DNA of 64,000 nt from an uncultured Holophaga sp. (GCA_963664825.1 OY761614.1:3168001-3232000), one strand, 5' to 3'; counted from the first letter of the stretch, positions 1 to 9,822 are shown. Notes: a model not told the origin generated them from the letters alone. Numbers and translations: made by a program.

Positions 1-1040
1 TTGGGGTTCTTGGGGTCCGCGGTGGCATTGGGCTCCCAGGGCTCCGGGCGCTGTTTGCTCGCCTCGTAGGCCACGTCTGATGTGTAGTATTCGTCGGCCA
101 GGCCCGCGAAGTGGTGGCCGAATTCGTGGACGAAGATGTAGGGGCTGAAGGCGTTATCCGAGGCCACGGTGCCGTAGAGGCCGAAGATGCCGCCGCCTCC
201 GTAGGTCTGGCCGTTCACCAGGATCTCCATGAACTCGTAGGGGGCGAAGGAGGCCGCATCGCGCACCGCGCGGTTTTCGAACGTGAGCACGTAGCGTTCG
301 CTGCCGAAGGTGTCATAGGCGCATCCCAGGGGTGATCGGCGCTGGAGGCCCGTGGAGGGCCGAGCGATCCCGGATTCCCGGGCCAGGGGGCAGAGGGCCC
401 AGACGTTGAAGTCCTGGCGGTGCTCCTTGTAGGGCGAAGTGGCGAAGAGCTGCTCCACGAGGCGCCGGGCATCCTTCTCGAACTTGGGCCGTTCCGCCTG
501 GGTGTAGCCGTCGCCGAGGATCAGGAAGTCCACCTTGTGGGCGGGATCCCCGCTCTGTTGCAGGGCGATGAGGTCTCCGGGAGAGGGGGGCAGGGCCCGA
601 TCGATGAACATGTCCTTGGGATCCAGCGTGAAGGACCAGACTTCCTTGAAGGTGTTCTGGGCGTCGCGCTTCTTCACGTTGATCTGCACGGGGCCGCTCG
701 GTTCGGGGAAGCGCAGGGATTCCTGGAAGGTGCGAGCCTGTTTCCGGCCTTCCTCGGTCCCCTCCCACTCGCCGTAGATGCTGCAGAAGCCCCGGGAGTA
801 GACCACCCTGTTCGTGGCCCGGTCCACCACTTCGAAGAAGTATTTCCCCAGATTGGATGCGTCCAGGTTGCTGGCGGGATGGCCGGGCCAGGGCAGGGGC
901 TCCTGGACGGTGCGGTCCAGGCTGAACTGCTCCGAGGTGGCGGTGCCCGTATGGAAGTAGTCCACGCGCAGGGTTCGCGGGGGGGCCGCAGCCAGGAAGG
1001 TCGCGATCAGGGTCAGGCCGAGGGTTCGGAGTGCATTCAT
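1..1040 (-). CDS. Peptidase M64 (IgA peptidase-like) zinc metalloprotease, secreted; 3' end runs off the window
   Basis: Not in the ORF track; translated by hand from ATG at 1040: MNALRTLGLTLIATFLAAAPPRTLRVDYFHTG...KVDFLILGDGYT...YGGGGIFG...YIFVHEFGHHFAGLADEYY. Signal peptide plus HExxH..E motif typical of M64. Confidence 0.85.
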   Translation of the reverse strand, partial: MNALRTLGLTLIATFLAAAPPRTLRVDYFHTGTATSEQFSLDRTVQEPLPWPGHPASNLDASNLGKYFFEVVDRATNRVVYSRGFCSIYGEWEGTEEGRKQARTFQESLRFPEPSGPVQINVKKRDAQNTFKEVWSFTLDPKDMFIDRALPPSPGDLIALQQSGDPAHKVDFLILGDGYTQAERPKFEKDARRLVEQLFATSPYKEHRQDFNVWALCPLARESGIARPSTGLQRRSPLGCAYDTFGSERYVLTFENRAVRDAASFAPYEFMEILVNGQTYGGGGIFGLYGTVASDNAFSPYIFVHEFGHHFAGLADEYYTSDVAYEASKQRPEPWEPNATADPKNP

Positions 1041-1100
1041 ATGGGTACCTCCCGGCCAGGATACTCCGGGTCGTGGGACAATGGCCGGTCCGGAGGCACC

Positions 1101-1397
1101 ATGCTCACGCCCAAACAGCGCCAGTTCCTGAAGGCCGAGGCCCATCACTTGAAACCTGTTGTCCACATCGGGAAAGCCGGTGTGACCGAGGCGCTGGTCC
1201 AGGAGCTGGATGTCATGCTCGAGAGCCTGGAACTCATCAAGCTCAAGCTCAACCAGAACACCTTCGAGGATCTGGAGACCACCGTGGAGGCTCTCACTCG
1301 CAAGATCGAGGGCCTTCAGCATGTGTGGACCATCGGCCGGACGGTCCTGGTCTTCCGGGCCAGCCGGAACAAACCGACGGCATTCCCTTTACCTTGA
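1101..1397 (+). CDS. yhbY: YhbY family (CRM domain) RNA-binding protein
   Basis: MLTPKQRQFLKAEAHHLKPVVHIGKAG...ELIKLK...IGRTVLVFR; GGAGG precedes ATG 1101. This is the 3' part of the 420..1397 ORF. Confidence 0.9.
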   Translation: MLTPKQRQFLKAEAHHLKPVVHIGKAGVTEALVQELDVMLESLELIKLKLNQNTFEDLETTVEALTRKIEGLQHVWTIGRTVLVFRASRNKPTAFPLP

Positions 1398-1433
1398 GGG
1401 AAATCGTCCGATAAGACTCCAGAGGGGGTACGT

Positions 1434-3536
1434 CTGTCTTATCTTTCGTGGTCTGAGGGGGATCATCTCCAGCGCCATGCGCTCGAGAAGGATGGCCTAT
1501 TGGGCCGGGATCCCGGGGAATGCGAATTCAACTTCCCCGGGGAGAATAGCGTCTCCCGTCGGCATGCGGAGATCATCCGGGTCCAGGATGCTTGGTGGAT
1601 CCGGGACCTGGATTCAAAAAATGGCACGCGCCTCAATGGGGTGGCCCTCAGCGCCCCCGAGGGCCATCCCCTCGCCGATGGGGACGAGATCCTCCTGGGG
1701 GATATTCCCCTCCATTTTACGGCGGGCTTCCCCGGGCTGGATCCGGCGCTCTTCATCGAACACGTGGGGGATCTCTTTTCCGAAGCCTGGTCGGAACCCT
1801 CTCAGGCCTCCATCCTGCTCCGGGGCCTCGAACTGCTGCACCACTCCACGGGCATCTTGCTGCAAGAGACTTCCTTTTCCGCGCTCATCCAGAGTCTCCT
1901 GAGCGAGGCCCTCAAGCTCCTGGCGGCGGAGCGCGGCTTCGTGGTGATGGTGGGCCGCGATGGCAGTTGGCACACAGCCTACCGCATTGGCGATGTGAAG
2001 GATCAGACGGGACTCTCCCACTCCGTCTTGCGCTATGCGATCACCCACCGGACCGGTGTGCTCTCCAACGCGCCCATGGCCGATCCCCGCTTCGGGGGCG
2101 TGAGCCTGGTGGAACTCCATCGGGGGGCCCTCCTCTGCGCGCCCATGGAGATCGAAGACGAAGTGAAGGGCGTGCTCTATCTGGACCGGATGGGGGAGGG
2201 ACGCCCCTTCACGCGCTTCGATCTCTCCCTGGTCCAGGCCTTCGTGCGCCAGGGCGCGGTGGCCCTTCGCCATGCCCATCTGGCCCAGCAGGCCCTTGTC
2301 CAGGCGGAGATCCAGGGGGAAATGCTCCGACTGCGCTGTCTCAACGAGCGGGTGATCTCCCGCACGGGAGAGATCCTCGCGGCCATGGCCTCCTCCCTCC
2401 GCTGGCTCCAGAGCTATGGAGAGAAGGCCCACGGGGAGACCTCCGAGACCCTGCGTCACCAGGTGGACCGCCTGCACTATCTGGTCGAGGCCGCGGCCCA
2501 GGAGGCCCTCCTGGAGACGCCCAGGGAGGCCTCCAGCGCCTCCAGTCTGGAGACGCTCCTCGGGGCGCTGGAACCCGCCTGGCAGAACCTGGTGAAGATC
2601 CGCGGCGCCGAATTGGAACTGGAACCCGTGCCGAAGGGCACGATCTGGATCGCGGGCAGCCTGGCGGTCCAGGCCGTGGCGGGGCTGGTGGAACCCATGC
2701 TCATGGCGCTGCCGGAAGCCCAGAGGGTGTGTGGGCGCTGGCAGGAAGAGGGCGGCAATTGGGTGCTCCGCCTGGCCTTTCCCATGGGTAGCCATGGCCC
2801 GGCGCCGGATCTCTGGACTACTCAGAGCCTTCAGAACTCCGGGATCGTGTGGCGCTGGTCGGACCAAGCCCTCTCTATCACCTTTCCCCGGGGCCTCGAT
2901 ACCGCTCCGGAGCTGCCCCCCCTGCCGCTGCTGGGCCTCGTCACCGAGGAGCTGGAACTGATGGGGCTCTTCCAGAGCGTGGCCGAGGCGGGCCAGCTCA
3001 GCATCTTTCCCCTGGAGGAAGAGCCTCCGCTGCCGCCGCTGCCCTATTTCCGCTACCTGGTGATCGATGCCCTCGGCGTCAAGGACACGGTGACCTGCAT
3101 CCAGGCCTACCGGCGGCATCCCAATTTCACCACGGTGCCGATCCTGGTGGTGCGCGCTCCCGAGGAGCTCTTCTCCACGCTGCTGGCGGCCGGAGCCACG
3201 GACTGGCTGCCCGAGGGCTTCCGCTGGGAGACCCTCCATCATCGCCTGCAGGTGCTCAAGGGGCACGAGGAGTTGCAGCGCAAGGCCTTGGCCGCCGAGC
3301 GTCTGGATTCCTTCCGGCAGATGGCGGGCACCCTCAAGCACGAGATCAATAACCCCCTGGCGATCATTTCCCTCCAGGTGGAGCTCCTGGAACGGAAATA
3401 CCCCGAGGAGTCCAAGCTGGGGAAGATCGGCGAGATGATCGAGCGCATCCGGGCCCTGATGCAGGTCCTTCAGAAGATGCGCGAGATGCCGGTGGAGGAT
3501 TATCCCGATGGGAGCAGCATCCTCAAATTGAGGTGA
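1434..3536 (+). CDS. FHA-GAF-(degenerate kinase)-receiver-like-HisKA signalling protein
   Basis: FHA motifs GR..SRRHA..SKNGT; GAF (LCAPMEIEDEVKGVLYLD); receiver-like segment (YLVIDALG..PILVV..AGATDW); C-terminal H-box TLKHEINNPL. Start placed at CTG 1434 after GAGGGGG; the track starts at TTG 1500, which cuts into the FHA domain. Confidence 0.8.
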   Translation: MSYLSWSEGDHLQRHALEKDGLLGRDPGECEFNFPGENSVSRRHAEIIRVQDAWWIRDLDSKNGTRLNGVALSAPEGHPLADGDEILLGDIPLHFTAGFPGLDPALFIEHVGDLFSEAWSEPSQASILLRGLELLHHSTGILLQETSFSALIQSLLSEALKLLAAERGFVVMVGRDGSWHTAYRIGDVKDQTGLSHSVLRYAITHRTGVLSNAPMADPRFGGVSLVELHRGALLCAPMEIEDEVKGVLYLDRMGEGRPFTRFDLSLVQAFVRQGAVALRHAHLAQQALVQAEIQGEMLRLRCLNERVISRTGEILAAMASSLRWLQSYGEKAHGETSETLRHQVDRLHYLVEAAAQEALLETPREASSASSLETLLGALEPAWQNLVKIRGAELELEPVPKGTIWIAGSLAVQAVAGLVEPMLMALPEAQRVCGRWQEEGGNWVLRLAFPMGSHGPAPDLWTTQSLQNSGIVWRWSDQALSITFPRGLDTAPELPPLPLLGLVTEELELMGLFQSVAEAGQLSIFPLEEEPPLPPLPYFRYLVIDALGVKDTVTCIQAYRRHPNFTTVPILVVRAPEELFSTLLAAGATDWLPEGFRWETLHHRLQVLKGHEELQRKALAAERLDSFRQMAGTLKHEINNPLAIISLQVELLERKYPEESKLGKIGEMIERIRALMQVLQKMREMPVEDYPDGSSILKLR

Positions 3537-4086
3537 GGTCCCTGAACCAGGTCAGGCCCTCTTCCGTCATCAGGCCCTGCACCGGCAGATCCTGGGGGGA
3601 GATGGGCAGGCGGGGGGCCTGCTGGATGGAAAATCCGACACCGAGTGTGATCACGTCTTCGGAGAGATGTCCCAGCAGGGCATCGTAGAAGCCCTTGCCG
3701 TAGCCCAGGCGGAAGCCCTCCCCATCGAAGGCGAGGCCCGGCACCAGCAGCAGCTGCGCAGGGGGCAGGAAGTGTTGGGCGAGAACTGGCTCCAGGAGGC
3801 CGAAGAGGCCGGGCTCCAGGGGCTCGGGCCCCCAGGCCAGGCGGGGTGGGCTCGTGGAGGTGATGCGGGGGAAGGTGAAGGTCCATTCCGGGTGGGCCTG
3901 GACGAGGGGGCGCAGATCGATCTCGGAACCCAGGGGCCAGAAGGCCCCGATGCGCCGGATGCGCCGGCTGGTGCAGAAGGCCCCGAGGCGTCCGCAGATG
4001 GCCTGCGACCACGCCTCTCGCATCTCCAGCGGGGCCCCGTTGCGCAGTGCCTTGAAATGTGCTCGGAATTCGGACTTGGTCTCCAT
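3523..4086 (-). CDS. 5-formyltetrahydrofolate cyclo-ligase
   Basis: LLLVPGLAFDGEGFRLGYGKGFYD signature; ATG at 4086 (METKSEFR). Confidence 0.9.
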   Translation of the reverse strand: METKSEFRAHFKALRNGAPLEMREAWSQAICGRLGAFCTSRRIRRIGAFWPLGSEIDLRPLVQAHPEWTFTFPRITSTSPPRLAWGPEPLEPGLFGLLEPVLAQHFLPPAQLLLVPGLAFDGEGFRLGYGKGFYDALLGHLSEDVITLGVGFSIQQAPRLPISPQDLPVQGLMTEEGLTWFRDLTSI

Positions 4087-4174
4087 GGGTTCCAGGAGAC
4101 CAGAGGGGGCAGGGGGCGTCAACCGGGCCCGGGCGTTCCGGGGGGCTGGGGTATCCTCGCTATGGAGGTTCCTC

Positions 4175-5374
4175 GTGATCTATGGTTGGCGCTGGTCTCG
4201 TGTCTTGGGTGGGGCCGTCCTGGGCCTTTCCACTGTCGTCCTGGTCGCGCTGCCTCCCGCCCCTGGGACGACGCGCTTGGTGCAATCGGCGCCCGTGGAG
4301 ACGGAGCTGGCCTCCCCGGAACTGCCCTTCGCCAAGGATGTGTGGGTGGACATGATTCGCTCGGCGACGCGTCGCCTGGATTTCGCCCAGTTCTACGTCA
4401 TGAACCACCCTGGGAGCGCGCTGGAACCGGTGTTTCAGGAACTGGAAAAGGCGGCGGCCCGGGGGGTCCGCATCCGTTTCCTGCTCTCCTCCAAGATGCT
4501 GGATCAGGATCCGGCTTCCGTGGCGCGGCTGCGGGGCCTGAAGGGGGCCGAGGTGCGGAGCTTCGATCTCCAGAAGATCTCCGAGGGGATCCTGCACGCC
4601 AAGTATTTCCTGGTGGATGGCTGGGAGGCCTTCCTGGGCAGCCAGAATTTCGATTGGCGGGCCCTGGAGCACATCCACGAGATGGGTGTGCGGACCACCG
4701 AAGCCGCCATCACCGGCAAGCTGCAGGAACTCTTTGACATCGACTGGCGCTTCGCGGAGACGGGTGCACTCCCCCACCTGGCCGGGAAGCCTTTCCCGGT
4801 TGGGCTCCGACCCGCCGTGGAACTGGTGGCCAGCCCGCCCTTCCTGACGCCTCCGGATGTGCGGCCTGCCCTGCCTGCGCTCTTGGAATTGCTGGGCCAG
4901 GCTCAGAAAAATATCCGGATCCAGCTCCTCACCTATTCGCCCCTCTCGGGCAGGGAGGGCTACTGGCCTGTCCTGGATGATGCCCTGCGGGCCGCCGCCG
5001 TGCGGGGCGTGAAGGTGCAGATGCTGGTCTCCGACTGGGCCCTGGGCGGCCGCGCCCTGGATCATCTCAAATCCCTCACCCTACTTCCCAATTGCGAGGT
5101 CCGGATCGTCTCCATTCCCGAGGCCTCCGCGGGCCACATCCCCTTCGCGCGCACCGTGCACAGCAAGTATCTGGTCGTGGACGAGGAGATCCTGTGGCTG
5201 GGCACCAGTAACTGGGAGAAGGATTACTTCGTGGCCTCGCGCAATATCGAACTGATCTTCCGGGATGGCGCACTCGCGTCCCAGGGTCTGCGGATCTTCG
5301 GGAGGGTCTGGAACAGCGCCTACGCCAGACCCCTGGAGCCGCTCCGGCACTACGAAAGACGGAAGGTCGATTAG
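4175..5374 (+). CDS. Phospholipase D superfamily protein with two HKD motifs (PLD3-like), N-terminal signal/anchor
   Basis: LHAKYFLVDG..GSQN and VHSKYLVVDE..GTSN; GTG at 4175 after GGAGG. Confidence 0.85.
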   Translation: MIYGWRWSRVLGGAVLGLSTVVLVALPPAPGTTRLVQSAPVETELASPELPFAKDVWVDMIRSATRRLDFAQFYVMNHPGSALEPVFQELEKAAARGVRIRFLLSSKMLDQDPASVARLRGLKGAEVRSFDLQKISEGILHAKYFLVDGWEAFLGSQNFDWRALEHIHEMGVRTTEAAITGKLQELFDIDWRFAETGALPHLAGKPFPVGLRPAVELVASPPFLTPPDVRPALPALLELLGQAQKNIRIQLLTYSPLSGREGYWPVLDDALRAAAVRGVKVQMLVSDWALGGRALDHLKSLTLLPNCEVRIVSIPEASAGHIPFARTVHSKYLVVDEEILWLGTSNWEKDYFVASRNIELIFRDGALASQGLRIFGRVWNSAYARPLEPLRHYERRKVD

Positions 5375-5391
5375 GTTCCCGAGGGAAGGGG

Positions 5392-5430
5392 TTGACCTTC
5401 TGATGGCCCCAATCGATAATTTCTTATCGA
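5392..5430 (+). promoter_or_regulatory. Sigma70-type promoter of the kal-bcd-etfBA operon with an overlapping palindromic operator
   Basis: TTGACC-17nt-GATAAT; inverted repeat TCGATAA-TTTC-TTATCGA (5413-5430) covers the -10 box. Confidence 0.6.
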
Positions 5431-5542
5431 GACGCAGGCCTCGGTCTTTACCTTCCGGCGATCTCGCTGCGGGGTAAGGTGGGGCGGGTGTTTCTCCCGC
5501 TCCTGCGAGGCTTGAGCCGATTCCAGGACCTGGGGGTATTAC

Positions 5543-5938
5543 ATGTCGCACAAATCAATGATCCGACTCCGCATGAGTAGCCACGATGCCCATTACGGCG
5601 GCAATTTGGTGGACGGGGCCCGGATGCTGGGACTCTTCGGGGATGTGGCCACGGAGCTCCTCATCCTTCAGGACGGTGACGAGGGGCTCTTCGCGGGTTA
5701 CGAGCAGGTGGAATTCCTGGCCCCTGTATTTGCCGGGGACTTCATCGAAGCCGTGGGCGAGATCGTCAAAGTCGGCAATTCCTCCCGGAAGATGACCTTC
5801 GAGGCCCGGAAGGTCATCGTGCCCAGGCCCGACCTCAACGACTCCGCAGCCGACGCTCTGGCTGAGCCGATCGTGGTATGCAGGGCCGTGGGCACCTGCG
5901 TGGTGCCCAAGGGCAAGCAGCGCAAGGGCGCTTGTTAG
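5543..5938 (+). CDS. kal: 3-aminobutyryl-CoA ammonia lyase (hotdog fold)
   Basis: [69 protein letters not shown], characteristic of Kal; other lysine-pathway genes are in the window. Confidence 0.88.
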   Translation: MSHKSMIRLRMSSHDAHYGGNLVDGARMLGLFGDVATELLILQDGDEGLFAGYEQVEFLAPVFAGDFIEAVGEIVKVGNSSRKMTFEARKVIVPRPDLNDSAADALAEPIVVCRAVGTCVVPKGKQRKGAC

Positions 5939-5962
5939 AACGGAAATCCGCCGAGGTCCCAG

Positions 5963-7102
5963 ATGCAATTTCAGCTTGATCGGGAGCATCAGCTCCTGGT
6001 GCAGATGTACCGTACCTTCGCGCAGACCGAGGTCCGGCCCTTGGCCAAGGAGGTCGACGAAGCGGAGCGCTTCCCCCTGGAGACCGTCCAGAAGATGGTC
6101 GGGCTGGGGTTCATGGGCATTCCCTTCCCCAGGGAATACGGGGGCCAGGGTGGGGATAATCTCGCCTACACCCTGGCGGTGGAGGAACTCTCCAAGGCCT
6201 GCGGCACCACGGGCGTGATCCTCTCGGCCCATACTTCCCTCTGTGCGGCGCCCATCTTCGAACATGGCACCGAGGCCCAGAAACAGCAGTTTCTGGTGCC
6301 CCTGGCCAAGGGCGAGAAGCTGGGCGCCTTCGCGCTCACCGAGCCCAACGCGGGCACCGACGCCAGCGGCCAGCAGACCACCGCCGAACGCCAGGGCGAT
6401 CACTTCCTCGTCAACGGCAGCAAGATCTTCATCACCAACGCCGAGTACGCCGATATCTACATCGTCTTCGCCATGACCGACAAGACCAAGGGTACCCGCG
6501 GGATTTCGGCCTTCATCCTGGAAAAGGGCATGCCCGGGTTCCGGGTGGGCAAGAAGGAAGCAAAGATGGGGATCCGCGGATCGGCCACCTGCGAACTCAT
6601 CTTCGAGAATGTGCCGGTGCCCTTGGAAAACCTGCTGGGCAAGGAGGGGGGCGGATTCGGCATCGCCATGAAGACCCTGGATGGCGGGCGCATCGGCATC
6701 GCGGCCCAGGCCCTTGGGTTGGCCCAGGGCTCCATCGATGAGACTGTGGCCTACACCAAGGAACGCAAGCAGTTCGGCAAGGTGCTCTCCGCCTTCCAGA
6801 ACACCCAGTTCCAGCTGGCGGATATGCAGACTCGGACCGACGCGGCGAGGCTGCTGGTCTATCGCGCGGCCTCCCACAAGGATGCCAAGTTGCCCTATGG
6901 CGTGGAGGCGGCCATGGCCAAGCTCTTCGCGTCAGAGACGGCCATGGACGTGACGAGCCGGGCCGTGCAGCTCCACGGCGGCTATGGCTACACCCGGGAA
7001 TATCCCGTCGAACGCATGATGCGGGACGCCAAGATCACGGAAATCTACGAAGGAACCTCGGAAGTCCAGCGCATGGTCATTTCCGCGTCAATGCTCCGCT
7101 AG
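5963..7102 (+). CDS. bcd: Butyryl-CoA (acyl-CoA) dehydrogenase
   Basis: GAFALTEPNAGTDA, GSKIFITN, TLDGGRIGIAAQ, QLHGGYGY, KITEIYEGTSEVQR; followed by etfBA. Confidence 0.9.
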   Translation: MQFQLDREHQLLVQMYRTFAQTEVRPLAKEVDEAERFPLETVQKMVGLGFMGIPFPREYGGQGGDNLAYTLAVEELSKACGTTGVILSAHTSLCAAPIFEHGTEAQKQQFLVPLAKGEKLGAFALTEPNAGTDASGQQTTAERQGDHFLVNGSKIFITNAEYADIYIVFAMTDKTKGTRGISAFILEKGMPGFRVGKKEAKMGIRGSATCELIFENVPVPLENLLGKEGGGFGIAMKTLDGGRIGIAAQALGLAQGSIDETVAYTKERKQFGKVLSAFQNTQFQLADMQTRTDAARLLVYRAASHKDAKLPYGVEAAMAKLFASETAMDVTSRAVQLHGGYGYTREYPVERMMRDAKITEIYEGTSEVQRMVISASMLR

Positions 7103-7127
7103 GGCTCCGCTGAAGGGGGGTTTGAAC

Positions 7128-7907
7128 ATGAAGATTGTCGTTTGCATCAAGCAGGTGCCCGATACCACGGAAGTCCGCATCGATCCGGTCACCGGGACTC
7201 TGATCCGCGATGGCATTCCCAGCATCATCAATCCCGATGACAAGAGCGGGCTCGAGGCGGCCCTGGTCCTCAAGGAACAGATGGGCGCGACGGTGACGGT
7301 GCTCTGCATGGGGCCCTCCCAGGCCGATATCGCCCTACGGGAGGCCCTGGCCATGGGGGCCGACGAGGCCGTGCTCGTCTCGGACCGGCGCTTCGGCGGG
7401 GCCGACACCTGGGCCACCTCCATCACGCTGGCCTCGGCCCTCCGGAAGCTCGGCTTTGATCTCATCATCTGCGGCCGTCAGGCCATCGATGGCGATACGG
7501 CCCAGGTGGGCCCCCAGATCGCCGAGCACCTGGGCATCCCCCATGTGAGCTACGTCAACGAACTGGCATTGGCCGGGCAGCACATCCTCGTCAAACGGAT
7601 GTTCGAGGATGGCTACCACCGCATCAAGGCTCCCATGCCCTGCCTGATCACGGTGCTCAAGGACATGAACGAGCCCCGCTACATGTCCGTGGGGGGCGTC
7701 TACGACGCCTTCCGCAAGGACATCCCCGTCTGGACCGCGGAAGACCTGGATGTGGATCGTTCCCAGATCGGCCTCAAGGGTTCTCCCACCCGGGTGAAGA
7801 AGTCCTATACCAAGGGCACCAAGTCCGCAGGGCAGGTCTTTGAAGTGGATCCCCGGGAGGGGGCCCGGATCATCGTCGAAAAACTGAAAGAGAAATTCAT
7901 CATTTGA
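7128..7907 (+). CDS. etfB: Electron transfer flavoprotein beta subunit
   Basis: MKIVVCIKQVPDT, GADTWAT, GRQAIDGDTAQVGP. Confidence 0.95.
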   Translation: MKIVVCIKQVPDTTEVRIDPVTGTLIRDGIPSIINPDDKSGLEAALVLKEQMGATVTVLCMGPSQADIALREALAMGADEAVLVSDRRFGGADTWATSITLASALRKLGFDLIICGRQAIDGDTAQVGPQIAEHLGIPHVSYVNELALAGQHILVKRMFEDGYHRIKAPMPCLITVLKDMNEPRYMSVGGVYDAFRKDIPVWTAEDLDVDRSQIGLKGSPTRVKKSYTKGTKSAGQVFEVDPREGARIIVEKLKEKFII

Positions 7908-7921
7908 ACGCGGAGCGGGCC

Positions 7922-8935
7922 ATGGATATTTCGAACTACCACGGCGTTCTGGTGTTCGCGGAACAGCGGCGCGGCCAGATCCAGAAGGTGGCCTTTGAGC
8001 TGCTGGGCATCGGTCGCCAGATCGCCGATACCCTCGAAGAACCCCTGATGGCGGTGCTCATCGGGAGCGAGCTGACCCAGGCCCACAGCGCTGATCTCAT
8101 CGCCCTGGGCGCGGACCGGGTTATCCTGGTGGATCATCCCCATCTGGAGATCTATCGCACGGAGCCCTACACCAAGGCTCTGGCGCAAGTCATCGACGCC
8201 TTCAAGCCCGGGATCGTCTTCGTGGGGGCCACCACCCTCGGCAGGGATCTCGCGCCGCGGGTCTCGGCCCGGGTGAAGACGGGGCTGACCGCGGATTGCA
8301 CCTCCCTTGGCATCGAGGATGGTTCCCGCAACCTGCTCATGACCCGGCCCGCCTTCGGCGGCAATATCATGGCCACCATCATCTGCCCCGAGCACAGGCC
8401 CCAGATGTCGACCGTGCGCCCCGGCGTCATGCGCAAGCTGGAGCGGGACGATGCGCGGAAGGGCGCAGTCATTTCGTTTGCCGCTGAACTCGGCCCCGAT
8501 AACCTGAATGTGGAAGTCCTGGAGGTGGTCCTGGAACAGGCCACCCTGAAAAATATCGAAGATGCCACGGTGCTGGTGGCCGGGGGCCGAGGGCTGGGCA
8601 GCGCTTCGAACTTTGCGCATCTACAGGGAGTGGCCTCCCAACTGGGTGGCATGGTCGCGGCCTCCCGGGGCGCGGTGGACGCGGGCTGGGTGGGGACCGA
8701 AAGCCAGGTGGGGCAGACGGGCAAGACCGTGAGGCCCGATCTCTACATCGCCTGCGGCATCTCGGGCATGATCCAGCACGTCGCGGGCATGGAGGATTCC
8801 CAGTACATCGTGGCGGTGAACAAGAATGCCGATGCACCCATCTTCGAATACGCCGATCTGGGCATCGTGACAGACGTCAACAAGCTTCTGCCGGCCCTGG
8901 TCGAGGAGCTGAGGCTGGCCAAGGCTGGGGCCTGA
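7922..8935 (+). CDS. etfA: Electron transfer flavoprotein alpha subunit
   Basis: GLTADCT, RPAFGGN, QVGQTGKTVRPDLYIACGISG.IQH.AGM. Confidence 0.95.
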   Translation: MDISNYHGVLVFAEQRRGQIQKVAFELLGIGRQIADTLEEPLMAVLIGSELTQAHSADLIALGADRVILVDHPHLEIYRTEPYTKALAQVIDAFKPGIVFVGATTLGRDLAPRVSARVKTGLTADCTSLGIEDGSRNLLMTRPAFGGNIMATIICPEHRPQMSTVRPGVMRKLERDDARKGAVISFAAELGPDNLNVEVLEVVLEQATLKNIEDATVLVAGGRGLGSASNFAHLQGVASQLGGMVAASRGAVDAGWVGTESQVGQTGKTVRPDLYIACGISGMIQHVAGMEDSQYIVAVNKNADAPIFEYADLGIVTDVNKLLPALVEELRLAKAGA

Positions 8936-9271
8936 TGCCCTCTTCTGCAAGGAAAGACATGAATTCAGCCCACGGGACGCCCCTGGATCTTCGGACAACG
9001 CTCCGCAAACGCAGGATGCGGCTTCTGCAAGCGAGGGCGGTGGAGCCTCCCAGCAGATCCAAGCTCCCCGAAGTTCCAGGCGCCGCTTTGGTGCTGCCCT
9101 TCAATTCTAGGGTGTGGGTCCTAGCCCCGGATTGGGATGCGAGGGGATCGCTGCCTCGGGCGCCGGAGACCCTGCCCGCGGCGTCTGAAGATGCCCACCG
9201 AGGTTAAAGCCGCCCGGCGGCGCTGGATATCCTGAAAGTGGACGAATGCTATACTTCGCCGGAGTCTGCCC

Positions 9272-9700
9272 ATGAAAGCCCTTTTTCCATGCTTGGCCCT
9301 GGCGGCGCTGGGGCACGCCGTCTACCACATGGGACAGAAGAGCATGCCCGCCTCGGTCAACCCCATGGCCCTGCTGATGGGGGGCTACGCCGTGGCCTTC
9401 CTGCTGGCGACCCTGGCCATGCCCTTTTTCCGCGCCCCCGGGGATGCCATCTGGACGGCTCCGGCCTTCAATCTGCCGGTCCTGGTGCTGGGTGTGGGCG
9501 CCGTGCTCATCGAACTGGGCTTCCTCCTGATCTATCGCCGGGGCGGGGGACTCCAGTGGACCGCCGCGGCCGTGAGCGGCCTGTCGGCCCTCATCCTGGT
9601 GCCCGTGGGGATCGCCTATTTCAGGGAAGGCCTCTCCGTGGGCCGTCTCCTGGGTGTGGCCATGACCCTGGCGGGGCTGGTGCTGGTGGTGAGGAAATAA
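9272..9700 (+). CDS. Small DMT/EamA-family membrane protein
   Basis: 142 aa, about five hydrophobic helices, YHMGQK near the N-terminus and FREGLS near the C-terminus. Confidence 0.7.
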   Translation: MKALFPCLALAALGHAVYHMGQKSMPASVNPMALLMGGYAVAFLLATLAMPFFRAPGDAIWTAPAFNLPVLVLGVGAVLIELGFLLIYRRGGGLQWTAAAVSGLSALILVPVGIAYFREGLSVGRLLGVAMTLAGLVLVVRK

Positions 9701-9822
9701 CCTAGGAACCTTGCTCCCTGGTGGCCGATACGGCCACCGCACGCCATCCGTGGTCCCATCAAACAGAGGCGGATTATCCATGGTGTGAGCTGTAATTCGC
9801 AAATTGCCTGACGGATTCAAAC

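Noticed and set aside
1395..1397. Selenocysteine or readthrough at the yhbY TGA
   Set aside because: No SECIS-like hairpin or Cys-equivalent context; YhbY is already full length, and a CTG start explains the downstream frame.
4087..4174. 6S RNA, often upstream of 5-formyl-THF cyclo-ligase
   Set aside because: The gap is under 90 nt, too short, and is a divergent promoter region.
9085..9180. CCGGAGACCCTGCCC resembles the 3' end of a cobalamin riboswitch
   Set aside because: The upstream conserved elements (AGGGAA..GGTG.AA.TCC, GCCACTG, GGGAAG) are absent and the downstream gene has no evident B12 link.
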